Position numbers and translations under genes: made by a program. From NCBI GenBank assembly GCA_050633305.1, contig JBOEGF010000002.1, positions 249,624 through 313,623 on the forward strand: a stretch of DNA of 64,000 nucleotides. The letters run 5' to 3'. Of the stretch, positions 48,556 to 58,978 are shown piece after piece. This stretch comes from Nannocystales bacterium. GTDB taxonomy: Bacteria; Myxococcota_A; Polyangia; Nannocystales; Nannocystaceae. How positions within the stretch are numbered: the first letter of the stretch is position 1; the number at the start of each line of letters is the position of its first letter. Under the pieces are notes generated by a model. That model was not told where the DNA came from, made no database searches, and saw only the letters and a list, made by a program, of their open reading frames with translations.

Positions 48556-49140
48556 ATGTTGCGTCGATCGTTCTTGGCCTTCGTGATGCTTGCCTTGCCG
48601 GCCTGCCCGGCCGATGACGCACCGGAAGAGGGGGCCGAGACGAGCACCAGCGGCGACACGACCGCTGCCGAGTCCACCGCCACCATGACGGCTGCGAGCG
48701 GACCGGCGACCTCGACAGCGGGCGGCACGACCGACGACAGCGCGACCGGCACGGTGGACAACACCACTGGCTCGAGCAGCACCATGGGCTCGTCCAGCAC
48801 CAGCACCGGCGACTACGGCACCAGCTCGGGTTCGACCGGCGCACCGCAGACGACGTACCCCGCGTGCGACCCCCGCGACGAGCCGCCCTGTCCTGAGGGC
48901 TACGGCAGCTGCTTCGATACGATCCCCGGGTACAACATCTGCAACGTGACCGAGTGCGAAACGGAAGACGATTGCCCCCTTGCGGATGGCGGCACGGCCG
49001 AGGTGCTGTGCGCCGCATTCGGCGGGGGCACGTGCGTGCTCGACTGCCCTGACGGCCTCGAGTGCCCCGCGGGGATGGAGTGCGTGTTCTTCGAGGCTGC
49101 CGGCGTCGAGCGCTGCCTGTGGCCGGTCGACGGCGCATAA
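48556..49140 (+). CDS. Cys-rich lipoprotein
   Basis: LPAC lipobox; T/S linker; C..DDCP..C..CVLDC...CPAGMEC. Confidence 0.85.
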   Translation: MLRRSFLAFVMLALPACPADDAPEEGAETSTSGDTTAAESTATMTAASGPATSTAGGTTDDSATGTVDNTTGSSSTMGSSSTSTGDYGTSSGSTGAPQTTYPACDPRDEPPCPEGYGSCFDTIPGYNICNVTECETEDDCPLADGGTAEVLCAAFGGGTCVLDCPDGLECPAGMECVFFEAAGVERCLWPVDGA

Positions 49141-49561
49141 CGTCCCAACTGTCGAAACCGCCGGTCAACGGCACTCGTTCCTCGACGCGCTCGCTGAATG
49201 CGAGTGGCTGTTCGCAGCTGGGGCGACAGGGGTGGTGGGCAGGACCTCCCCCCATCATCGGCGGCCCGAGTTTCCCACCGGGGGCCAAGAGACATGCACA
49301 GCCCGTGTCCCGCATAAGATGCTTCAACGGCACGGGCAACGACAGCTTCGACTCCACCGGGGATTGGGGCACGCTGACCGCGAACGCCCGCGCGGTCGCT
49401 TGGGTGCAGTCGCTCGTGAGGCGGGCGGCCCTCGGGGCGATTCTGCAGCCCCCGGCCGCTCGTTGTCGACGCAGTGCCAGCAGCCATCCCGGCTCGAGGC
49501 GCCTCGTGTGCACTCGCGTGCACGGGCGAATGACTCGAGAGAGAAGTCGGAGAAGCGAGCG

Positions 49562-50113
49562 TCACAGCGGGCTCGCGTGGACATAGGCCCAGCTCTGCTC
49601 GTCGAACCGAGGGAAGCTCACTTCGCAAGGGTCGGGCGAGTCCAACCCATCCACCCGGGCGAACCCTTGCTCGTCCAGCGTCCCGCTGCGTACCGACCCG
49701 TCGGGTAGCCTCAGCCGATACTCCGCCCGCGCCACCGGAACGTCGTCTTGGTCGATGAGCTGAAGCTCCACGGCGTAGGCCTCCTCGGTCGATTCGAGGA
49801 CCGTCAGATCGGACAGGTCGACCTCCGTCTCCGTGGTGGGGCCACACAGGATGGGCAAGGGCCTTCGGAGCTCGACGTCGATTCGGCCACGCCCGAGTTC
49901 TTCGAGCAGGCGATCGACGACGGATGTCAGGTCAGTCCCCGCCATGTCTGCAAAACGGGCCAGCTCGCGCACGCCCTCGGGCGTCGACCCGTGGTGGCGA
50001 AGCTCGGCCTCGACGTGCGGTGCCACGCGCTCGGGAACGGGGGGGCGTGCATTGGCCGTCAGGATGAAGCCCGGAGTGCGGAGTGTCCCAAAGGTTGCGC
50101 TGAAGTCAGTCAT
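49562..50113 (-). CDS. Hypothetical protein with prealbumin-like C-terminal domain
   Basis: ELQLIDQDDVPVARAEYRLRLPDGSVRSGTLDEQGFARV..CEVSFP; ATGA-coupled to the amidase. Confidence 0.75.
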   Translation of the reverse strand: MTDFSATFGTLRTPGFILTANARPPVPERVAPHVEAELRHHGSTPEGVRELARFADMAGTDLTSVVDRLLEELGRGRIDVELRRPLPILCGPTTETEVDLSDLTVLESTEEAYAVELQLIDQDDVPVARAEYRLRLPDGSVRSGTLDEQGFARVDGLDSPDPCEVSFPRFDEQSWAYVHASPL

Positions 50114-51909
50114 GATGGCGTGGCGGAGGCCGGCGCAGCTTCGGCGTCGGCGGTCTCGGGGGGCAGCGGGGTCGCGACGGGTGGCCGCAGTGCCGCCGCC
50201 GCGTTGTAGAGCCGCTCCGCCACAGCGAGATCGATCGCCCCCTGCTCACGACTGGTCATCCCTTGTCGCGCGAAGTGACGGCGGAATCGGTCGGCCGCGG
50301 CAAACGTTCGCGCATCGAAGGCCCCGGTGATCCTCAGGGAGTAGCCGACGGTCCGTAGATCGGTCTGTAGCTGTTCGATCACCGCGACTTCAGGGGCGTG
50401 ATCGGGGCGGTCGACTCCGCCATAGTGGGCCGCGCGTCGGCCACGAGCGTCAGCATCACCGCGGTCGAGCTCGAGGCCCGCGACCGTCGTGAAGACTCCG
50501 CCGTAGGCCGTGGCAGGGTCGAAGCTTTCCGCTGGCACCATGCCCAGCCCTGCGTGCTCCAGGCGCTCCCATTCGAAATGCAGGCCCGGGTCCCAGCGCC
50601 GTTTGCGGTGGTACGTGTCCCGAGGAACCCCGGTCTGTCTCCTCGCATTGCCCGTGGCGACGTCGCAGTGTCCCAACACGCGCGACCCCACGGTTGGGTA
50701 GGCCTCCGTGATTTCGCGCGCCAGCCGAAGGATGGTGGCGTATTGCTCTTCGGTGTACGGGGTCTTCGCCCGGGCCATGTAGTCGTCGGGTTCTCCCGTG
50801 TTTGGATTGATGATCTCGATCCCCAGGGAGTGGTTGACGATGTCTCGATCACCACCCCATCGCCCCACCCCCGCATGCACCTTGGTGCGGTCGTCGGCGG
50901 TCAGCTTGATCGCGTGCCCATCGATGTCGAGCAGGTAGTTGGCCCCCTTGGTCTTGCGCCGGGTTCGCGCTGCGTCGGCCCATCCGAAGAAGTCGTTGAG
51001 AGGCCCGCCGACCCGCGAACCTCCGGTGCAGTGCAGCACCAGCATGCTGATCGCGCCGGTTCCCCCACGACGCGCCCGAGACCCTGGGTCTTTCCACCAC
51101 TGAGGCTTGAGACTCAGCGGTAGCTGGGTGGTGGTTGGCGTCCACACCTGACGGTTTCCCACCCGTGCATGGGTCTGGGCGTTCGGCGGGTCGTAGGGGT
51201 CCTCGATGCCGACAAGCCGCCCACCGCGAAGCTCGATGTTCACCGACGCGGCCTTGTAGAGCAGCAGGTGGTCACTGCGCATGCCGGGCCCGGCGGTGTC
51301 CTCCGTGATCCGCTCAGGTGTGATGTCCACAGTGAACACACCCGTGGACGAGGCCGTCGCAAGCAGGCACGCCCCGTCGCGCCCCGTGCAGTTCCCCTCG
51401 GACAAGACATCCCCGTCTTCATTCCGTAGACGCACGGTGGCCGCAATGACCTCGGAACGGTCCGTGGTCAGCTGTCCGGCGTTGTCCCCTGGTTCCCCAA
51501 GGCTCGGTCGGCCGATGCCCCAGCCAAAGATCGGTCGGTCGTCCTCACTTTCGAGTTCTTCGTCCGGTGGGGGGGCGCCTCCCTCACCGTCCTCGCCCTC
51601 GAATGTCCATCGCTGGGGGTCCTGCTGAACGCTGCCGTCGGCGCTGCTCCAGGCCCACTCTCCCAGCCGCTCGCCGCGTCGCAGGGGGAAGTCTCGGCGG
51701 AGGGTCACCCGAATCGAAGTGGGCGCCGCCAGCACGTTTCCGGTGGAGCCGTCGGAGGACGGCGCCACCAGAGCCGTCCCCGCGTGGAGGACACCGCCGG
51801 GTTCCACGGGACGCAGCACATCACCATGGTCGGCGTCGTCGGTCGCATCCTCCTCGGCGGAATCCTCGATGGTGTCCGCATCCTGGTCTTCGTCGGTTTC
51901 ATCGCCCAT
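50110..51909 (-). CDS. N-acetylmuramoyl-L-alanine amidase (Amidase_2) with PG-binding domain and acidic N-terminal extension
   Basis: LVLHCT, HAG, SLGIE, LGHCD, WDPG..FEW (His/His/Asp Zn ligands); LQTDLRTVGY..FRRHF. Confidence 0.88.
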   Translation of the reverse strand: MGDETDEDQDADTIEDSAEEDATDDADHGDVLRPVEPGGVLHAGTALVAPSSDGSTGNVLAAPTSIRVTLRRDFPLRRGERLGEWAWSSADGSVQQDPQRWTFEGEDGEGGAPPPDEELESEDDRPIFGWGIGRPSLGEPGDNAGQLTTDRSEVIAATVRLRNEDGDVLSEGNCTGRDGACLLATASSTGVFTVDITPERITEDTAGPGMRSDHLLLYKAASVNIELRGGRLVGIEDPYDPPNAQTHARVGNRQVWTPTTTQLPLSLKPQWWKDPGSRARRGGTGAISMLVLHCTGGSRVGGPLNDFFGWADAARTRRKTKGANYLLDIDGHAIKLTADDRTKVHAGVGRWGGDRDIVNHSLGIEIINPNTGEPDDYMARAKTPYTEEQYATILRLAREITEAYPTVGSRVLGHCDVATGNARRQTGVPRDTYHRKRRWDPGLHFEWERLEHAGLGMVPAESFDPATAYGGVFTTVAGLELDRGDADARGRRAAHYGGVDRPDHAPEVAVIEQLQTDLRTVGYSLRITGAFDARTFAAADRFRRHFARQGMTSREQGAIDLAVAERLYNAAAALRPPVATPLPPETADAEAAPASATPS

Positions 51910-51912
51910 GGT

Positions 51913-52557
51913 TCAGCACCCGTAGACCTCGCGCAGCCGGTCGCGGACCGCCTCGGTGCAGTTGCCATCGACGTCCAGACCGTGCGCGGCCTGAAAGTCG
52001 CGGATGCCTCGCTGCGTGCGAGGGCCTGCATCGCCGTCTGCAGGTCCGCACGAGAAACCGAGGTTGTTCAGACGGGCCTGCTGACCCTCGACCGTCTCGG
52101 CCGGGTCCAGATGCCCGACCCGCAGGTCCCAGCGCAACGGAGTCTGAGTGTCGTCGTCGGGGTGCAGTTCCAGTCGAGCTTCTTCAACCCCAAAGGCGAC
52201 CGGGTGGACGATCGGTCCATCCACGGTCCCTTCGAATCGCTCGGCGCCCGCGGTCAGTACGTACTGCCACCCGTCGAGGGGTTGGCCGTCGCAGCCCCGC
52301 GGCGCCAACCGGAGCTGCTGCCGCGGTCTTTGCACCCGGAATCGGTGCCGAGCATCGACCCGAACCTCGGCAAGCCCCACAGCAGGGTCGGGAATGACGA
52401 CCTCGTCCCCGGGCGCCAGGACGTCCGGGTTCTCCCTGCGCTCCCGAAGGGACGCGTTGTCGGGGTGTTCGTAGAGATCCGCACCCCGTGCGAAGCCGTG
52501 ACGCTCGGCCAGAACGGCCAGCGTTTCGCCAGCGACGACAGTGTGACGGACGGGCAT
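51913..52557 (-). CDS. LysM + PG_binding_1 protein
   Basis: HTVVAGETL..LA..HG..NPDVLAPGDEVVIP; ARLNNLGF..DG..GPRT..FQAAHGL.VDG. Confidence 0.88.
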   Translation of the reverse strand: MPVRHTVVAGETLAVLAERHGFARGADLYEHPDNASLRERRENPDVLAPGDEVVIPDPAVGLAEVRVDARHRFRVQRPRQQLRLAPRGCDGQPLDGWQYVLTAGAERFEGTVDGPIVHPVAFGVEEARLELHPDDDTQTPLRWDLRVGHLDPAETVEGQQARLNNLGFSCGPADGDAGPRTQRGIRDFQAAHGLDVDGNCTEAVRDRLREVYGC

Positions 52558-53092
52558 CGGGGGACTCTCTGTGGAGTAGTGATTCCCGGAACCGGATCGT
52601 TCCCAAAAAAGACACGCCCCGCGGGCTTCCCGCAGAGCGTCGGTGATTCGAAGGATCCAGCCCGATCCTGGTGGCGGCGGCGAAGTCGGTGGAGTCGAGG
52701 AGGTGTTCCGTGACGCCGCCTCCAGAGGCGATGTGAACGTCGTGCGCGCCCGCGATCAGGAGTCCCGCTGGCGCGCCAATTCTTCCGTCGGAGAACTCGT
52801 CCGCGCGCCAGCAGTACAGTGCGAGCCGAGCGGGGAACCCGTGTAGAAAACTGCGGAGATCGGGGCGAGGCGCGGGTGGCTCTCGGCCCAAATGCGACAG
52901 CGCCCCCGACGGATACTTCGGGAGCGTCCTCGAAGATGCAGAAGCCAGAGCCGTAGCCGTGGGCTCGTCGAGTTCCCGAGCATCACAGCCTTGTTTGGTG
53001 CTCAACAGCATGGCGTCCGGACCGGCCGGTCACGGGTGAGTCGGGGGGGTTGGAGTCAGACCGATGAACGGCCTGTGACACACTCCGCGCCG

Positions 53093-54283
53093 ATGTGGCA
53101 GCAGCTCAAGAAACTGTTCGAGCGCGTGTTCGGGTCCAACACGGTGTCCACGGTTCCCAATGAAGACGAGGTGGCCCCCAAGACCCCATCAACCCACCAG
53201 TACGAGGTGCTCACGGAGAGTCCGTGGGGCGTGCCTGTGCTCGATGTTCAGCCGCTCACGCGGCATGTGGTGACGACGACGCGGAACCCGGAGAACGCGC
53301 GAAACAGCGTCTCCTACCGTGGGGACGAAGGGCCAGAGTTCTCGCGGCAGGCCCTCGAGGGGACCCGTACGACCACGATGGAGCTTCGGATCCCGATCGA
53401 CGGCGAGGTCTTCAATGGTGCGATCCACAAGCCGGCGGCAATGGAGGAGAAGTGGGTCCTCTTCCTTCAGGATGGAGAGCTCCTCTTCGTCCGGAGCTGG
53501 ACTCGGAAGCTGGCTGTCCGAGCCCAAGTCGAGTTCACGGACAACGAGGCGATCGTCCGCTCGGCGCACGGTGTGTTCACCGACAGCGACGAGACGCCCG
53601 AGTACACGCAGGCTTTCCTCGAATATCTTCTTCGCGACTATGGACTTGGGGAAGGCCTCCCGATGCCAATCCCTTTCCCCTTCGAGCACCGTCATCACGA
53701 GGCCGCCTTGTTTGCGTTCTCGCTTGTCGGCCATACGGCCCGGTTCGTCACCCACCACCGCCCCGTGCTCGCACCGCCTTACCAGCCACTTCGGACCGTC
53801 AACGCACTCCACCTCGCCGTCGCGCAGAAAGACCTCGCCGCCGTGGACACAGCCATCGGTTCTGGGATCTCGCTGGACGTCCTGGCTACCGATGGCCTCG
53901 CCCCGATGCACTGGGCAGTCGGGTTTGGCACAGACGTGGTGGCCGGGTTGCTCGACCGCGGTGCAGAAGTCGATGTTCGCTCGGACGAGGGAGCGACACC
54001 GCTCATGCAGGCCGTTCAAGGCCGAGACGACGACGCGGTGAACTTGCTACTCGAACGAGGGGCGAGCGCGCGTGCGGTGGACGAACGAGGCTTCAGCGCG
54101 CTTCACCGAGCCGCTGAGATGGGTCAAGAGCATACGGCACGCAGCCTCCTGGACGCCGGGGCTGACCCCATGTGCCTCGCGGGTGAGCACACACCGTTGA
54201 CCCTCGCGCGTACCACCGGGGAGGCCGCGATCGTCGAGATGCTGGAAGCAGCAGTTGACCAGGGAAAGACGGATTCAACCTGA
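53093..54283 (+). CDS. Ankyrin repeat protein with unknown N-terminal domain
   Basis: ALHLAV, GLAPMHWA, GATPLMQA, GFSALHRAA, TPLTLA; N-terminal MEEKW..RSWT motif. Confidence 0.85.
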   Translation: MWQQLKKLFERVFGSNTVSTVPNEDEVAPKTPSTHQYEVLTESPWGVPVLDVQPLTRHVVTTTRNPENARNSVSYRGDEGPEFSRQALEGTRTTTMELRIPIDGEVFNGAIHKPAAMEEKWVLFLQDGELLFVRSWTRKLAVRAQVEFTDNEAIVRSAHGVFTDSDETPEYTQAFLEYLLRDYGLGEGLPMPIPFPFEHRHHEAALFAFSLVGHTARFVTHHRPVLAPPYQPLRTVNALHLAVAQKDLAAVDTAIGSGISLDVLATDGLAPMHWAVGFGTDVVAGLLDRGAEVDVRSDEGATPLMQAVQGRDDDAVNLLLERGASARAVDERGFSALHRAAEMGQEHTARSLLDAGADPMCLAGEHTPLTLARTTGEAAIVEMLEAAVDQGKTDST

Positions 54284-54527
54284 GCGATGCCGTCGCGAGT
54301 CTCGGACACCCGCCATCTTGATGGCGTCGCTCGCGTCGAGCCCGGCAACAGCGAGGACGACACAGCCCGCCTACGGCGTCAGCAGCCTCTTGCCGACGTT
54401 CGGTAGAGGTCGGAAACTGCGCGAGCGCGAACGAGCAACCCGGCTCAGCCTCCTCGAAACTGGCCGATGGGTGCGGCAGGTCGTGAAGGTCCGTCAGGTT
54501 TTTGCCCGAAACTGCAAAAGCTAACTC

Positions 54528-54959
54528 GTGTATCGATTGTGCAGTCTCGTACTCCTCATCGCAGTCTCTGCCACCGCATGCCTCGCCGCGGGTGAAGAAC
54601 CCGCGGATTCGGAGGCCGCGGCGGTCGAACAGCTCGAGCGCGAGGCATGGGCCGACCCTGCGCTCGCCGATCGGCCCACCGGTGGCAACCCATCGTTTAC
54701 GGACGGACCGCGATCGACGGCGACACTGCGAGCCTGCAACGGACACTTCGATTGTCAAAGCGGGTGCTCGTGCAACGTCTCGGGGGTCTGTGTTCCTGAT
54801 GGTTTCGGTCCCGCGAACCCGAACTGTTCGAACCCTCCGCTCAGCATCTGCGCAAACGAGATGGAGTGCCAGCACGGGTGCGATTGCGTGAGCGGCACCT
54901 GCGTTCCCGATGGGTTCGGACCTGCGAACCCGAATTGCGGAGCGACATCTCCGTTGTAG
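54528..54959 (+). CDS. Small lipoprotein with duplicated Cys-rich module
   Basis: ATAC lipobox; two C..CQ.GC.C..SG.CVPDGFGPANPNC units. Confidence 0.7.
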   Translation: MYRLCSLVLLIAVSATACLAAGEEPADSEAAAVEQLEREAWADPALADRPTGGNPSFTDGPRSTATLRACNGHFDCQSGCSCNVSGVCVPDGFGPANPNCSNPPLSICANEMECQHGCDCVSGTCVPDGFGPANPNCGATSPL

Positions 54960-55205
54960 CGAGCACGATCCGGCGACATGGGTCGCGCCCTCGACTCACC
55001 GGTGTCTCGAACGCCGGCGGCGTTGGGCCCTCGCGGCGGGAGGAGGTGGACGGTCGAGTCTTGGACCGCCGTCACTCGAGCGAGTCTTGCATTTCGGGAA
55101 GCCGGCCCGGCGGATGGCGGGGTTTGGCTTGGAACGGGACGCGAGGGGTGGCGGCCCGCCGACCGTTGCGGAAGCTTTCCGTAGCGTCGTACGTTCGAGT
55201 GGCGG

Positions 55206-56186
55206 ATGCTCTTGGCGTTGCCGATCGTGCACGTACTGTCGTGGATCGCCGGGGCTTCGGTGCCGCCCTCGGCCCAAGACGCAACGTGCGTTCGATGTCA
55301 TGCACCCGAGGCGGTGCAATGGTCTCTGTCGTCACATCGGACCGCGTTCACGGGGAGCGAGTTCCAGGCTGCCTTCGCGGTCGAGCCAACCGCGTTCTGT
55401 CGCGACTGCCATGCGCCGTCCGACACTCCGGCGGTCGGGGTTGGCTGTCTGAGTTGCCACGAGGGGCCAGATGCCGCCGTTCTGGCTGGGCCTTCGCCGC
55501 GCTCGGACGCACCGGCGCCGCACCCCGTGCTGCGTACTCCGGCGTTTGCGACGACCGACGCCTGTGCTCGTTGCCACGAGTTCGCGTTTCCCGACGGCGC
55601 GTTACGCGATGGCGTCGCGCTGATGCAGAGCACAGTCACAGAACACGCACAGTCGCCGTTTGGGAACCGTAGTTGCGGCGATTGCCACATGCCCAAGGTC
55701 GGTGATCGCAGGGACCATACGTTCGCGGCATCACGGGACCCTGACGTGCTCAGACAAGCGCTCCGGTGGGCCGTACGGCGCGTCGACGCGGGCACCGTGG
55801 AGGTCTCCTTGTGGGCTGGGGAGGTCGGACACGCCTTTCCGACGGGCGACTTGTTTCGACGCCTCGAAGTCTCGGCGAATGTGGTCGGCCGTCCCAAGAC
55901 GTTGGTGCAGCGGTACCTTGCGCGGCACTTTGGGCCCGCCCGGCAGTCGAGTGGTGTGGTGTTGCGCGGGGAAGTCCGCGACGACCGCGTGCCCGCCAGC
56001 GGTGAACCTCGCATCGTCCGGCTCCAGGTCGATGCGGGCCTCGACGACACGGTGGAATGGTCCGTCCGCTACCAGCGTGTCGCGCACCCCCGCGGCTTCG
56101 ATCCCCGGGAGGCGCTGCTCGATGGCGAAGTCGAGCTGGCCCGCGGCCAACTCACGACCGTCGACATCGCGGACACACGGCCGTGA
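55206..56186 (+). CDS. Pentaheme cytochrome c (c554-like)
   Basis: CVRCH, CRDCH, CLSCH, CARCH, CGDCH; GHAFPTGD. Confidence 0.9.
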   Translation: MLLALPIVHVLSWIAGASVPPSAQDATCVRCHAPEAVQWSLSSHRTAFTGSEFQAAFAVEPTAFCRDCHAPSDTPAVGVGCLSCHEGPDAAVLAGPSPRSDAPAPHPVLRTPAFATTDACARCHEFAFPDGALRDGVALMQSTVTEHAQSPFGNRSCGDCHMPKVGDRRDHTFAASRDPDVLRQALRWAVRRVDAGTVEVSLWAGEVGHAFPTGDLFRRLEVSANVVGRPKTLVQRYLARHFGPARQSSGVVLRGEVRDDRVPASGEPRIVRLQVDAGLDDTVEWSVRYQRVAHPRGFDPREALLDGEVELARGQLTTVDIADTRP

Positions 56187-56236
56187 CACCTGCGACCTTC
56201 GAGCGAACCCACCCTGAACACGAGCACGAACTCTCC

Positions 56237-57883
56237 ATGCGAACGACCCGTCTCCTTCTCCCCCTCGTGTTCGTCACGCTCGGCTGTGATCAGGCCGCTG
56301 CCCCCGACGCCGCTGCCAACGAAGCATCCGCCCCCGAGCGGGGCGAGGCCAAAGCCGCCGCCGACCCCAGGCCACAAGCCCCGGTCCAGGCCCCACCACC
56401 GGACTCGAAGGCAACGCCGAAGGAGACGCCGAAGCCTGAGCCGGTCCCGAAATCGCCGTCCCCATCGGCCTCGGGCCCCTCCTTGCACCTCGTGGCGCGG
56501 GCACCCGCGGAAGACACGTTCGACTCGGCGAGGTTCCGCGTGTTCGGAACGCGCGATGGTCAGGTGTTCGCCGCGTTTGGTCCCCGTCTGATGCGTGCGC
56601 GGGCTGACGGCACGCTGGACGACGACCCGCGTTGGCTCAAGGGCATTCACACCGTCGAGCCCGAAGCGGTCACAGGATCGGCTTGGTACGTGCAAACCGT
56701 GGGTGGGCGCTGGCCCGACGATCTATTCATGACGATCGTGGTCGAACCCAGCTGGCGCGCGATGTGGAACCCGCACGAGGTCTACAGCTGGTCTGGAGAT
56801 GGCTGGCGGCAGCTCGAGAATCAGCGCGAGCGCTACCTCGCGTTTCCGCAGCGGCTCGTCTCGTGGGTCGAGGGGTCGGTGCTCGCGCTCCGCGGGTTCG
56901 AGCCTCGCTACGAAAGCTCGAAGTACTGGCTGGACAACGGTGGCCCCCCGCCGGCCGAGGAACAGGCGGTGGCCAGCGCCATCGCGCGGGCCAAACCGAT
57001 CACCGTGATTCGCGGTGCTGGCCAGGCTCCCGACTTGGGAGACTCGATGTTCGACATGGATGCGCTGGACGAGGGCTTGCTGATCGCGGTCGCAAGCGAG
57101 AGCACCCACGAGGTCATCCACTACGACAACAGTGCCCGCACCCAGGTGTCGCTACCGCTCCCTGCCGTCGATGGCTCGAGCCTCGAGGGCGTGGCTTCGT
57201 TTGCCTCCGATCGCGCCTACGCATTCGGTGGCGGTGAGAAGTCCCCGTACTTGGCACGCTTCGATGGAAAGGCGTGGGCGGCGGACACTCCACCCCCGTG
57301 CGACGGGCCGATCATCGCAGTGTCGTGGGCCGCGGGCGCAGGCCTGTGGGCGATCTGCGACAGCCATGAGGAGGTCATCGCGATTCGAAGTGGCGGACTG
57401 TGGCGACGAGCCGAGGGGGGTCAGTGGCAGGGGGTCAGCCCGAAAGACGGCGAGCGGACCACGTCCGTCGTCGCGCGGGGTGCCGACGACGTCTGGGTCG
57501 CCACCACGGGCGGCGTGTATGGGCCGACTGCCCCGTCCACCGTCCTCGAGTGCGCCAGCAACCAGGCTACGGCGACGACGGTCCTCGAGTACGCAGACCC
57601 GGGGCCTTCCCTGCAGTGTGACGACCTCGCGGCGTTCTACGTCGTCCTCGATGCGAAGCCCGGAGCCCCGCGGCCCACCCTCGACGAGGCCCTCGCGGCG
57701 GCACAGAAGAAGGTCGGTGAGTCACCGAGCCTATCGATCGCCGAGATCCAGCATCGTGGCGAGACCACCGTGGTTCTCCACGCCGAGACCTACGAGATGA
57801 CCGCGAAGAATCGCAAGGCCATCCGCGCTGCGTTCGGTGATGCCCTCGAGGGCACGTTCTGCATCGACCGGCTCCATCGTTGA
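56237..57883 (+). CDS. Hypothetical beta-rich lipoprotein
   Basis: VTLGC lipobox; Pro-rich linker; W/G-rich repeats (GGRWPDD, FDGKAW, DDVWV). Confidence 0.8.
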   Translation: MRTTRLLLPLVFVTLGCDQAAAPDAAANEASAPERGEAKAAADPRPQAPVQAPPPDSKATPKETPKPEPVPKSPSPSASGPSLHLVARAPAEDTFDSARFRVFGTRDGQVFAAFGPRLMRARADGTLDDDPRWLKGIHTVEPEAVTGSAWYVQTVGGRWPDDLFMTIVVEPSWRAMWNPHEVYSWSGDGWRQLENQRERYLAFPQRLVSWVEGSVLALRGFEPRYESSKYWLDNGGPPPAEEQAVASAIARAKPITVIRGAGQAPDLGDSMFDMDALDEGLLIAVASESTHEVIHYDNSARTQVSLPLPAVDGSSLEGVASFASDRAYAFGGGEKSPYLARFDGKAWAADTPPPCDGPIIAVSWAAGAGLWAICDSHEEVIAIRSGGLWRRAEGGQWQGVSPKDGERTTSVVARGADDVWVATTGGVYGPTAPSTVLECASNQATATTVLEYADPGPSLQCDDLAAFYVVLDAKPGAPRPTLDEALAAAQKKVGESPSLSIAEIQHRGETTVVLHAETYEMTAKNRKAIRAAFGDALEGTFCIDRLHR

Positions 57884-58020
57884 ACGTTCGCCATGGGGCA
57901 CACCCGGCCGCGACGGTGTTGCACAGGACCAGCACCGCAGCGGCGCAGCTCGATGACGGGCCCCGGGAAATCTTCTCCGGGGAGGGAACGCGCTGAGCGT
58001 CGTGGGTACTGCCCGTCGAT

Positions 58021-58845
58021 ATGAAGACGTTCCGAAAATCTGCGTCACTTCTTGCCGTTTTTGTAGCCGGCTTATGGGCCCGAGAGGCCGACGCCGCCGT
58101 CTGCGACTCGCTGGTGCTCGGCAACAACCCGCAGGATGTGGTCATTGGTGAGGCTGGGTTCGAGACCTGTGTAGGAGGCCCGTCGCCGTTCTGCTTTTTC
58201 CAGCCCTACCTCGGTACGCCGCGACTCGGGGCTTGCTGGCGGGACGACGGCGGGGATTGGCAAATGGAGATCCTCGAATGCACGGGCAGCACCGTCGACA
58301 CCGACATCTTCTTCCTGCAGACCACAGGTGGAGACGACCGCGTCGCGGTCCTCGAGGACGAGCACACGACCGGCGACCTGACGCTGTTGCCTGCAGGTGG
58401 AGGAACGGGCGCAATGTACTGTGGAAGCACGGGCGACGCCATCGCCCCGTGGAACCCGAACTTCGACTTTCAGATCTACGCGTATCTCGGGACCGGCTCG
58501 GATCTCTTTCACGGCTCGGACAACCGGGATGTCGTGTGGACGAATGCGCCGCAGATGTCAGGCGGCATCTGGACATCGCCTGCCGACGGCCCCGGATACG
58601 ACAAAGTCTGCACCTGGGGCGGCGACGACTACCTGTACGGCGACCTCGACGACTCGTGGACCACCGCGGAAGACTGGCTCGACGGCGGAGCCAACACCGA
58701 CCTCTGCGATGGTGACTACAACGTCGATGGAAACGACACCAGCGATCTGCACCGCAACTGCGAGACCCACTACGACGCGTATCCCGACGCGAGTCTGAAC
58801 CTCATTCTTTGCGACGACGACGACGACCCCCTCCACGAGTGGTAG
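58021..58845 (+). CDS. Secreted Ca-binding (RTX-like GGxD) protein
   Basis: Signal AREADA; TGGDD, GTGSD, WGGDDYLYGD, LDGGANTD; Asp-rich. Confidence 0.75.
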   Translation: MKTFRKSASLLAVFVAGLWAREADAAVCDSLVLGNNPQDVVIGEAGFETCVGGPSPFCFFQPYLGTPRLGACWRDDGGDWQMEILECTGSTVDTDIFFLQTTGGDDRVAVLEDEHTTGDLTLLPAGGGTGAMYCGSTGDAIAPWNPNFDFQIYAYLGTGSDLFHGSDNRDVVWTNAPQMSGGIWTSPADGPGYDKVCTWGGDDYLYGDLDDSWTTAEDWLDGGANTDLCDGDYNVDGNDTSDLHRNCETHYDAYPDASLNLILCDDDDDPLHEW

Positions 58846-58978
58846 GGGGGACACCCCAGACAGAGGGCTGCTCGCCCACCTGCAGTCGAACTCGCTGGAG
58901 TTCGAGACCTGTCGCTTCGGAGCGCGCTTTTCGGGGCGGGCTCCGTCTTGCCATCGCGCTCCGGCGATCGCACCCGGG

